This document shows positions 1 to 7,272 of a DNA stretch of 34,581 nucleotides, in pieces. The notes below the pieces were generated by a model, which worked only from the letters and a program-made list of their open reading frames with translations, was not told the DNA's origin and did no database searches. Both the position numbers and the translations under genes were made by a program. The stretch spans positions 1-34,581 of the forward strand of contig DATESG010000007.1 in the NCBI GenBank assembly GCA_035270925.1, written 5' to 3'. Each line of letters starts with the position of its first letter. Position 1 is the stretch's first letter. Origin of the DNA: Bacilli bacterium. GTDB taxonomy: Bacteria; Bacillota_I; Bacilli_A; RFN20; CAG-826.

Positions 1-220
1 GCTATAAAATGAGTAAAAAAGAGATTTTTCAGTGCTTAAAATAACTTCCTTTAACGGCCAAAAACAGAGAAAAATCGTAGATTTTTACATAATAAATCTA
101 TTATATTCCCATATATTTTGCATATTAAAATTGAACATTCATTCACTTTTGAGAATGGTAAAAAATTATAGATTTTATGTAAAAAGTATGAACATATACA
201 AATTTAATAACATTTTCCGC

Positions 221-249
221 TTGTATTGTAAGCACTTACATCTCATAAT
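221..249 (+). promoter_or_regulatory. Candidate sigma-A promoter of the sugar ABC operon, with a cre-like operator in the spacer
   Basis: TTGTAT (221-226), a 17-nt spacer, then CATAAT (244-249), about 100 nt upstream of the ATG at 353. The spacer contains TGTAAGCACTTACA (227-240), with 6-bp perfect arms. Confidence 0.45.
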
Positions 250-352
250 GTAGATGTACCGCGAAAACTATCACCTATCATTTTGGTCCCAAACATAGTT
301 TTTGCCCACATATTCATAAGACATTCATTTAAGAATAAGGAGGTCTATCTAA

Positions 353-1618
353 ATGAAAAAAAAGACACTACCGCTCGTTGCCGCGACACTTTTCAGCATG
401 ACTCTAGCTGCATGTGGTGGCGCAGTCGCATGGTCATGGGACGCAGCTAAAGCCGATGGCGAATTAGACTACGTTCTTCTCATTGGTCAAATCGACCATA
501 ATGACAGCGCCGCTCGTACTGCTGGTATTCGTGATGCGTTAGGCACAAGAGCTACCGTCAAAACTGCGAATGCTAACTCTGAAAATCCTAAAGAAGGTAA
601 ATTAACCTTAGGGACGACAGAATACAAGACTGTCGAACTTGAACACGCCGAACAAAAAGCACAAGGTGGAGCAACCTGGGATCAAGCTACCGCCACTTCT
701 ACCGCCGAAGCATGGATTAACAAACACGGTAAAAAAATCGACTTCTTCGTCTCCAATAATGACGGAATGGCCGAAGGCGCAATTGGCGCTACAAACTGGA
801 TTGAAGGAACTCCTATCTTTGGTTACGATGCCAACGCCTCAACATTAGAATTAATTGATGAAGGCAAAGTCATGGGAACAGTCGATCAAAACGTTCCAGC
901 TCAAGTTGGTGGTCTTTATATGTTAGCTAGAAATGCTATTGATGGTGCAACACCAGCAGAAGCAATTGTTAAGGGCTTTACCGCTCCTAACGCCAACGGT
1001 TATGGAAAATTAACTTCCGCAGCCGCTTGGAACGCAACCAACAAGTCAATGTTAGTTAGCAACGTTGCCATTACAAAAGACAACATCGCTGATCACTTAG
1101 GCAAAACAGTTGCTCAACAATTAGAACCAACAATTACTAAGGGTACAACTGCAACAGTTAAAGTTTGGTTAGACATTTATGCTCAAACCGATACTTTCTT
1201 AAATTCAAACGTCAAACCATTCATGGAAGCTTATGCTCCTAAATTTAACTTCAACATGATATACCAAGCCGGTAATGGCGCTGACGAATCATCAGTTACA
1301 AACTTACTTGATACTGAATTAGCTAAACCATTAGCTGAAAGACCAGCCGCTTACTTAATTAACATGGTCAGAACCAATGCCGCAGAAATCTACTTAGACA
1401 AGATTGCTGAAGCATACGGTGCAGACGCTGAAGATCCAACATCTGTTCCTGTTATTTTCTATAACAGACAAGCAACAACAGATACTGGTGCCGTGGATGC
1501 CGCAGTTATGGCCGATGAACGCTTTGAACACGTTTATTACTTTGGCTTTGATGCTATCCAAGGTGGACAATTACAAGGTGAAATGATCGTCGATTATTTT
1601 GCTGGTTTAGACGCATAA
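353..1618 (+). CDS. Sugar ABC transporter substrate-binding lipoprotein (type I periplasmic-binding fold, MglB/galactose-binding-like), apparently circularly permuted
   Basis: AAGGAGG RBS. Signal peptide with lipobox LAAC. Motifs match the MglB C-half (DYVLLIGQIDHNDSAARTAGI, FVSNNDGMAEGAIGA, PIFGYDAN, GTVDQN), followed by the MglB N-half (VKVWLDIYAQTDTF, AYLINMV, VPVIFYNRQ, YYFGFDAIQGGQLQGEMIVDYF). Confidence 0.85.
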   Translation: MKKKTLPLVAATLFSMTLAACGGAVAWSWDAAKADGELDYVLLIGQIDHNDSAARTAGIRDALGTRATVKTANANSENPKEGKLTLGTTEYKTVELEHAEQKAQGGATWDQATATSTAEAWINKHGKKIDFFVSNNDGMAEGAIGATNWIEGTPIFGYDANASTLELIDEGKVMGTVDQNVPAQVGGLYMLARNAIDGATPAEAIVKGFTAPNANGYGKLTSAAAWNATNKSMLVSNVAITKDNIADHLGKTVAQQLEPTITKGTTATVKVWLDIYAQTDTFLNSNVKPFMEAYAPKFNFNMIYQAGNGADESSVTNLLDTELAKPLAERPAAYLINMVRTNAAEIYLDKIAEAYGADAEDPTSVPVIFYNRQATTDTGAVDAAVMADERFEHVYYFGFDAIQGGQLQGEMIVDYFAGLDA

Positions 1619-1637
1619 TCTAGTTTTTATTCTAATG

Positions 1638-1669
1638 GCAAGGTCTATGTCTAACGGCATAGACCTTGC
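1638..1669 (+). terminator. Intercistronic 12-bp stem-loop after the binding-protein gene (partial terminator or mRNA stabiliser)
   Basis: GCAAGGTCTATG (1638-1649), loop TCTAACGG, CATAGACCTTGC (1658-1669), followed by TTGTAATT. It lies between the stop at 1618 and the next RBS. Confidence 0.55.
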
Positions 1670-1687
1670 TTGTAATTAGGAGTACGT

Positions 1688-3190
1688 ATGAATGAACAAA
1701 AATATATCCTAAAAATGGAAGGTGTTTCAAAATCCTTCGGTAAAAATAAAGTACTAAAAGATGTTTCAATGTATGTACGACCCGCGACCATTATGGGCCT
1801 TATGGGCGAAAATGGTGCCGGTAAGTCGACAATGATGAAATGTCTTTTTGGTATCTATTCAATGGATAGTGGTGAGATTACACTTGATGGGCTGCCCATT
1901 AATTTTACGGGTCCTAAGGACGCATTGGAACATGGTGTGGCGATGGTTCACCAAGAGTTAAATCAATGCTTAAACCGCACAATTGTTGATAATTTATTTT
2001 TGGGGCGGTACCCGACTAATTTCGGTATTGTTGATGAAAGGGTGATGACGACAAAAGCTAACGATCTTTTCAAGAGCCTTGATATGCACTTTAACCCTAA
2101 AACTTTAATGCGGACAATGTCTGTTTCACAACGCCAAATGGTGGAGATTGCTAAGGCCGTCAGTTATAACTCTAAAGTCATCGTTTTGGATGAACCGACT
2201 TCTTCACTTTCCGAACGTGAAGTCGTCAAATTATTTAAAATTATTCGTAAACTAAGAAAAGACAAAGGTATTAGTTTTATTTATATTTCCCACAAGATGG
2301 ATGAAATTATAGAAATATGCGACGATTTACTAGTATTACGTGATGGTCAAGTTTCTCTAAGTAAACCAACTAAAGAATCTGATCTCAATGAAATCGTTAA
2401 GGCAATGGTCGGTCGCAGCCTCGAAAATCGTTTTCCTGAATTAACTAATAAACCCGGCGAAATTGTTTTAAAAGTTAAGAGTTTAACAACAAAATATGAA
2501 CCTATTATGAAAAATCTCGAATTTACTGTGAGAAAAGGTGAGATTCTTGGCATCTATGGCCTGGTTGGATCTGGTCGCAGTGAACTTCTTGAAGCTTTAT
2601 TTGGCGCCCGCACTGTCGCAAATAGTGACATCGAATATTTGGGTAAAAAAATCTTTTTTAAGAATCCTAGAGAAGCAATGGACAACAACTTCGCGTTTAT
2701 AACCGAGGAGAGAAAAGTAAACGGCATGTTTGCAAAAGGTGATTTGCTTTTCAATACAAGTATTACAAACCTTGATAAATATAAACGTTTTGGCATAATC
2801 TCCAATAGTTTAATCAACATCGCGACTAAAAAACAAATCGCCCAAATGAGCGTAAAATGTAATAACGTTGATGACTTAATTTCTGCACTGTCTGGCGGTA
2901 ATCAACAAAAAGTTATCGTCGGCAAATGGTTAGAAAGAAACCCGGATATATTCTTAATGGATGAGCCGACTAGAGGTATTGATATCCTTGCTAAATATCA
3001 AATTTATGAACTAATGATTAAACTAGCCAATGAAGGCAAGACAATCATCATGGTTTCTAGCGAAATGCCTGAGATTCTTGGAATCACCAACCGTATCATT
3101 GTCATGTCCAACTATAAAATTGCCGGTGAGATTGAAACCAGAAAAGCTGATGAAGAAACACTACTTAAAATGTGTGCAAAATATTTATAA
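1688..3190 (+). CDS. Sugar ABC transporter ATP-binding protein with two fused ABC domains (MglA/RbsA type)
   Basis: TAGGAG RBS. Walker A GENGAGKST, Walker B VIVLDEPTS, second-domain signature LSGGNQQKV and FLMDEPTRGID. The 500-aa length is typical of the CUT2 family. Confidence 0.93.
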   Translation: MNEQKYILKMEGVSKSFGKNKVLKDVSMYVRPATIMGLMGENGAGKSTMMKCLFGIYSMDSGEITLDGLPINFTGPKDALEHGVAMVHQELNQCLNRTIVDNLFLGRYPTNFGIVDERVMTTKANDLFKSLDMHFNPKTLMRTMSVSQRQMVEIAKAVSYNSKVIVLDEPTSSLSEREVVKLFKIIRKLRKDKGISFIYISHKMDEIIEICDDLLVLRDGQVSLSKPTKESDLNEIVKAMVGRSLENRFPELTNKPGEIVLKVKSLTTKYEPIMKNLEFTVRKGEILGIYGLVGSGRSELLEALFGARTVANSDIEYLGKKIFFKNPREAMDNNFAFITEERKVNGMFAKGDLLFNTSITNLDKYKRFGIISNSLINIATKKQIAQMSVKCNNVDDLISALSGGNQQKVIVGKWLERNPDIFLMDEPTRGIDILAKYQIYELMIKLANEGKTIIMVSSEMPEILGITNRIIVMSNYKIAGEIETRKADEETLLKMCAKYL

Positions 3191-3213
3191 AGAAATGCTA
3201 GGAGAATATAAAT

Positions 3214-5052
3214 ATGGCAAATGATAAATCAACAAGAATCGATCTATTTAAGAGCCCTGAATTTTTAGCGCTTTTTACGGAACTTGAAAGTTTCAAAATT
3301 CGTTTTAACGATAAAAAGTCGCTTAAAAAACATCAAAACGAGTACAAGGAACTCATGAATCGTAGCATTGCGCACATCCAAGAAATTGCAAAAACTTATC
3401 TTGCCAGTGCCTATGAAGTCACGACCGAAGTTTCCCCTTTTGAAGACGACATCTACATTTACTCCTATAAAAACACTCTCGAAATGTTTCGCAAACTCGG
3501 TATCACAAGGATTACACACTTAATTACCGAAAATCGCGATATCAAAATTAACAAACAAATTGATCCTGAATTAAAAAAACAAACAATTAAAACAAATAAA
3601 GCCTCAATCGCTGATGCTAAATTTTCTAAATTTTTCTATCAACCCATCGTTAAGGAATTGGTAAAACATGCGATCGCATATTCGGAGTTTGTCGGTCGTA
3701 ATTATTTTGCACTAGTTAAATCTGAGGCAGCTATGAATATCGCCGAAGCTAAATTAGAATATAATACGGTAAAAAATCGGCTTATTGAAGAACATAAGGC
3801 TAATCTCAAAGAAGTCACGCCACTTGAAAATGGTGCGACTAAGATTGAAAAAGAGAATCATAAAGTTGAACTTAAAGCCATCCATACCTTAAATAAAGTT
3901 AGAATTAATGAAACTAAAAATGAAAAGCGTGAAAAAATTGAACATGCTAAAAATGACCAATTTAACGCATATATTGACTTATATAGCTTTCAAAACGATA
4001 CTCGAAGTAATCGATCAAGTGTTAAGGAAGCAATGGAATACAAATATCGCAGTTACATTTACAACTTTGTTTTTAAAGACTATATGCTCCGTAACGCTTT
4101 ATACTTTATTGTTCTTATTTACTTTGCCGCAACAATTATAATGTCAGGAGGCTCGCTTTTATCTTGGAATAATGTCATCGCCATTTCCGGGCAAACTTCG
4201 ACGAAACTCTTCTTCTCTCTTGGTGTTGCCGGTTTAATTCTTATCACTGGTACTGACCTTTCAATCGGACGAATGACCGGCCTAACGGCGATTGTTGCTT
4301 CTATTGTTATGTCAGGTCGTGTATTTACGACTAATCAAGGCTGGATTCTTGACTTTACGGCCCTACCCGATATTGGTAAAGTTGGTGTCGCTTTAATGCT
4401 TGCAATCGTCTTCGCGGTCGCGTTCTCGGCACTTGCCGGTTTCTTTACCGCTAAATTTAAGATGCACCCCTTTATTACAACTCTTTCCACACAATTATTG
4501 ATTTTCGGATTAATGATGATTTTCTTTTCAAACGTCCCTTCATTTCGGATTGACTCCGGGCTAAAAAATGCGCTAGCCGGTACGAGAAATAGTAATATCA
4601 TTATTGCCGCCGTTGTCGCGACTGCTGTCTTATGGTTTATTTGGAATAAAACTAAGTTTGGTAAAAACATGTACGCGGTTGGCGGTAATGCTGAAGCCGC
4701 AACAGTTTCAGGTATTAATGTCTTTGCCGTCACAATGGGTATCTTCGTAATGGCTGGTGTCTTCTATGGTATTGGTGGTTTCTTGGAAGCAATCCGCGTC
4801 GGAACTGCCCAACCTAATACTGGTGCCGGAACGGAACTTGATGCGATCGCCGCGTGTGTTGTCGGTGGTATTTCCTTTAATGGCGGTATTGGTAAAATTA
4901 GAGGTGCTGTCATTGGTACAATTATCTTTACTGGCATTACCTATACACTTACATACTTAGGGTATGATCCTAACATTCAATTCGTCTTTAAGGGCATTAT
5001 TATCATGGCGGCTGTTTGCCTTGACTCCCTTAAATACCTCCGGAAAAAATAA
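3214..5052 (+). CDS. Sugar ABC transporter permease (MglC/RbsC type) with a ~290-aa charged N-terminal extension
   Basis: AGGAG RBS. The C-terminal ~320 aa carry permease motifs (TGTDLSIGRM, MYAVGGNAEAATVSGINV, ELDAIAACVVGG). The N-terminal ~290 aa are hydrophilic, K/E-rich and have no TM segment. Confidence 0.88.
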   Translation: MANDKSTRIDLFKSPEFLALFTELESFKIRFNDKKSLKKHQNEYKELMNRSIAHIQEIAKTYLASAYEVTTEVSPFEDDIYIYSYKNTLEMFRKLGITRITHLITENRDIKINKQIDPELKKQTIKTNKASIADAKFSKFFYQPIVKELVKHAIAYSEFVGRNYFALVKSEAAMNIAEAKLEYNTVKNRLIEEHKANLKEVTPLENGATKIEKENHKVELKAIHTLNKVRINETKNEKREKIEHAKNDQFNAYIDLYSFQNDTRSNRSSVKEAMEYKYRSYIYNFVFKDYMLRNALYFIVLIYFAATIIMSGGSLLSWNNVIAISGQTSTKLFFSLGVAGLILITGTDLSIGRMTGLTAIVASIVMSGRVFTTNQGWILDFTALPDIGKVGVALMLAIVFAVAFSALAGFFTAKFKMHPFITTLSTQLLIFGLMMIFFSNVPSFRIDSGLKNALAGTRNSNIIIAAVVATAVLWFIWNKTKFGKNMYAVGGNAEAATVSGINVFAVTMGIFVMAGVFYGIGGFLEAIRVGTAQPNTGAGTELDAIAACVVGGISFNGGIGKIRGAVIGTIIFTGITYTLTYLGYDPNIQFVFKGIIIMAAVCLDSLKYLRKK

Positions 5053-5057
5053 TTATA

Positions 5058-5360
5058 ATGAAAATAGAGTTTCTCTTCATTGTCATTATGCTTGGGTTTA
5101 TCACTAGTTATCTCGTTGATATAAATTATTTAAAGAAGCTGAGAAATAACAATAAAAACTTTCCACGTATAGAAGTGATTCTAGCAAATATCTTCTTTGG
5201 TGGTCCCATCTTAATCTTGTTTTATATCTTTGAGGAGTTTAGAGCGGAGGACAAGTTAAATAGGCGCTCATTCCTCATCAGCGGAATTATCCTTAGTATC
5301 CTCCAAGTTGTTCTTGTCTATCTCTTGTTCCACTTTAAGTTAATCATCTTCATCACTTAA
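5058..5360 (+). CDS. Hypothetical small membrane protein (about 3 TM segments)
   Basis: ORF starts 5 nt after the permease stop. It has hydrophobic segments, only a weak SD, and no recognisable family. Confidence 0.4.
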   Translation: MKIEFLFIVIMLGFITSYLVDINYLKKLRNNNKNFPRIEVILANIFFGGPILILFYIFEEFRAEDKLNRRSFLISGIILSILQVVLVYLLFHFKLIIFIT

Positions 5361-5363
5361 GAA

Positions 5364-5389
5364 AAAGCTATCATTTAAATGATAGCTTT
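5364..5389. terminator. Bidirectional stem-loop between the ABC operon and tag
   Basis: AAAGCTATCAT (5364-5374), loop TTAA, ATGATAGCTTT (5379-5389). It is flanked by an A-run on the left and a T-run on the right, and overlaps the last codons of tag. Confidence 0.6.
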
Positions 5390-5947
5390 CTTTTTACTTT
5401 TATTTGGACAGGTATTTAGATGATCATCAATGATTCCAATCGCCTGTAGGTAGGAGTACATAATCACCGGACCAATATATTTGACACCATACTTTTTAAG
5501 TTCTTTACTAATCATAATTGATAGTTCATTTTGAGTTATGGGTTCACTATCAGCTTGGACATTATTAATGATAGGCTTATAGTCAACATGTCCCCACAGG
5601 AAGTGTGAGAGTGAGCCGTAGTCTTTAACAATCTTTAAATATGCTTTGGCATTTTCTCTCACGGCCTCGATTTTACTACGACTTTTGATTACGCGCTCAT
5701 CTTGCAAAAGTTTTTCAATCATCGTTTCATCCATGTTGGCCAAAACGTGGGGTTCAAAATTATAGAATGCATTAATCATACCCTCACGGCGCTTTAAAAT
5801 TATCGCCCACGAGAGTCCGGCCTGTTTTCCTTCAAGAATAAGCATCATAAATAAGTAGTGCTCATCATGGGAGGGTTTACCCCACTCTTGATCATGATAT
5901 TGTTTCATTAAAGGACTACTTAAAGCCCAACCACACACTTCATTCAT
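5375..5947 (-). CDS. tag: DNA-3-methyladenine glycosylase I
   Basis: N-terminal CGWA and YHDQEWGKP motifs, and a length (190 aa) typical of Tag. Confidence 0.9.
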   Translation of the reverse strand: MNEVCGWALSSPLMKQYHDQEWGKPSHDEHYLFMMLILEGKQAGLSWAIILKRREGMINAFYNFEPHVLANMDETMIEKLLQDERVIKSRSKIEAVRENAKAYLKIVKDYGSLSHFLWGHVDYKPIINNVQADSEPITQNELSIMISKELKKYGVKYIGPVIMYSYLQAIGIIDDHLNTCPNKSKKKAII

Positions 5948-6039
5948 AATATAATCCTATCAAAAAACCCAAACTTTAATTTATTTAAATATGAGTAAGT
6001 TAGTAATCGCTCATTTTATGGCTAAATGTTTTCTCTACG

Positions 6040-6465
6040 TTATGCTTTCGCTAACATCTCACCTAGATATCTACAGGCTTCTAATGCTTCATCATCAGGA
6101 GTTTCATTGGCAATAACCCCGGCGGTTAGGACTTGCGCTCCTGTCGTGCTTGCATCATCTTGCCAAGTCCGCATCCACGCTCCATCTCCCCAACTATAGG
6201 AACCAAATAGAACAATCTTCTTACCAAAAAGTAAGGGTTTTAACTCATTATAAAATGGTTCAAATTCATACTCCTCTAATTGTTCAATTCCCATTGAAGG
6301 ACAACCTAGCGCAATTTTATCGTATTTCGCGGCTTCACTAGCGCTAATATCACTAACCATTCTTATCTCGACTTGCTTGCCAAGACTTAGGACACCTTCT
6401 TTAATCGCATCCGCCATCATTCCAGTATTTCCGGAACTAGTCCAATAAACAATAAGAACCGCCAT
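6040..6465 (-). CDS. Short-chain flavodoxin
   Basis: VYWTSSGNTGMMA FMN-phosphate loop, about 140 aa. I chose the second ATG (6465) because the GAGGAA SD sits 5 nt upstream of it and directly abuts the first ATG (6471). Confidence 0.88.
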   Translation of the reverse strand: MAVLIVYWTSSGNTGMMADAIKEGVLSLGKQVEIRMVSDISASEAAKYDKIALGCPSMGIEQLEEYEFEPFYNELKPLLFGKKIVLFGSYSWGDGAWMRTWQDDASTTGAQVLTAGVIANETPDDEALEACRYLGEMLAKA

Positions 6466-6564
6466 ATACATTCCTCATTTCTTCTACTGTCAACTTAAAT
6501 ATAGAAAAAAATATCTTATAATGCAAAAGAAACACTCAAAGTCGATGAGTCGTGCCTAAATTAA

Positions 6565-6573
6565 TGTTATAGT
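6565..6573 (+). promoter_or_regulatory. Extended -10 element (TGtTATAGT) immediately upstream of yaaA; possible leaderless transcript
   Basis: TG at 6565-6566 and TATAGT at 6568-6573. The yaaA ATG begins 7 nt after the -10, and there is no SD in between. Confidence 0.4.
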
Positions 6574-6579
6574 AAATTT

Positions 6580-7272
6580 ATGAAATTAGTAATTTTTATC
6601 GCACCAAGTAAGACCTTTAACCTCGCATTTATTAAAGGGACAAGTTCGCCTTTGTTTATGGAAAAATCTGCTGTCTTAAAATCAAAACTTTTAGACATGT
6701 CCGCAGCCACACTCCAAGATAAAATGGGTTTATCACCTAAATTAGCCCAACAAGTATATGACTACTTGCGTGAGCCTACTTCAGGACGTGCAAGCAGTTT
6801 ATTTTCCGGTGTGAGTTATAAAGCGATGGAACTAGACAAGCTAAACGTTAAAAACGATAAACTTTACATCATTGATGCGCTGTACGGTCTCGTCCGCCCG
6901 CATGATAATATAAGTCGCTACCGCCTTGATTTCACGATGCGTTTTCTTGGTAATCTCTATGATTATTGGCAAAATATTATCGCTGAGTATTTAAACACTC
7001 ATCATCAAGATGATGTTTTAATCGATCTCACAAGTCATGAGTTTTCCTCCCTAATTCCCAGTGAATTAAATGTAATTCGTGTAGATTTTGCAGTAGTTAA
7101 CAAGAAAATTAGTAGTGTTTTGCTCAAACAAATGCGCGGGAAAATGACACGTTATTTAATAGAAAATAACATTAATAATCTACTCGAGTTAAAACAAATA
7201 AAAATTGAGGGCTTTAGTTATTGCCCTCAATCTTCAAATAATAATAATTTTATATTTACGCGTCAAAACTAG
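6580..7272 (+). CDS. yaaA: Peroxide stress protein YaaA (UPF0246/DUF328)
   Basis: N-terminal IAPSKTF (compare ISPAKT), YRLDF, and KQMRGKMTRYLIEN motifs. Confidence 0.88.
   Translation: MKLVIFIAPSKTFNLAFIKGTSSPLFMEKSAVLKSKLLDMSAATLQDKMGLSPKLAQQVYDYLREPTSGRASSLFSGVSYKAMELDKLNVKNDKLYIIDALYGLVRPHDNISRYRLDFTMRFLGNLYDYWQNIIAEYLNTHHQDDVLIDLTSHEFSSLIPSELNVIRVDFAVVNKKISSVLLKQMRGKMTRYLIENNINNLLELKQIKIEGFSYCPQSSNNNNFIFTRQN

Noticed and set aside
77-99. Inverted repeat TAGATTT-N9-AAATCTA in the left-edge spacer
   Set aside because: It is 7 bp of pure A/T-rich sequence in an AT-rich region. It has no associated T-run or gene context, and I cannot distinguish it from chance.
32-253. 73-aa ORF at the left edge
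   Set aside because: It lies in a very AT-rich region and encodes a low-complexity I/L/N/K/F-rich product. It has no RBS and it overlaps the predicted promoter/operator region of the ABC operon. It is most likely non-coding.
639-4960. Nested or antisense ORFs inside the ABC operon genes (639-848, 1404-1586, 2347-2553, 2554-2820, 3030-3224, 3265-3519, 3908-4141, 4335-4733, 4757-4960)
   Set aside because: All are fully contained in, or out of frame with, well-supported genes that have strong family motifs. None has an RBS or a recognisable domain.
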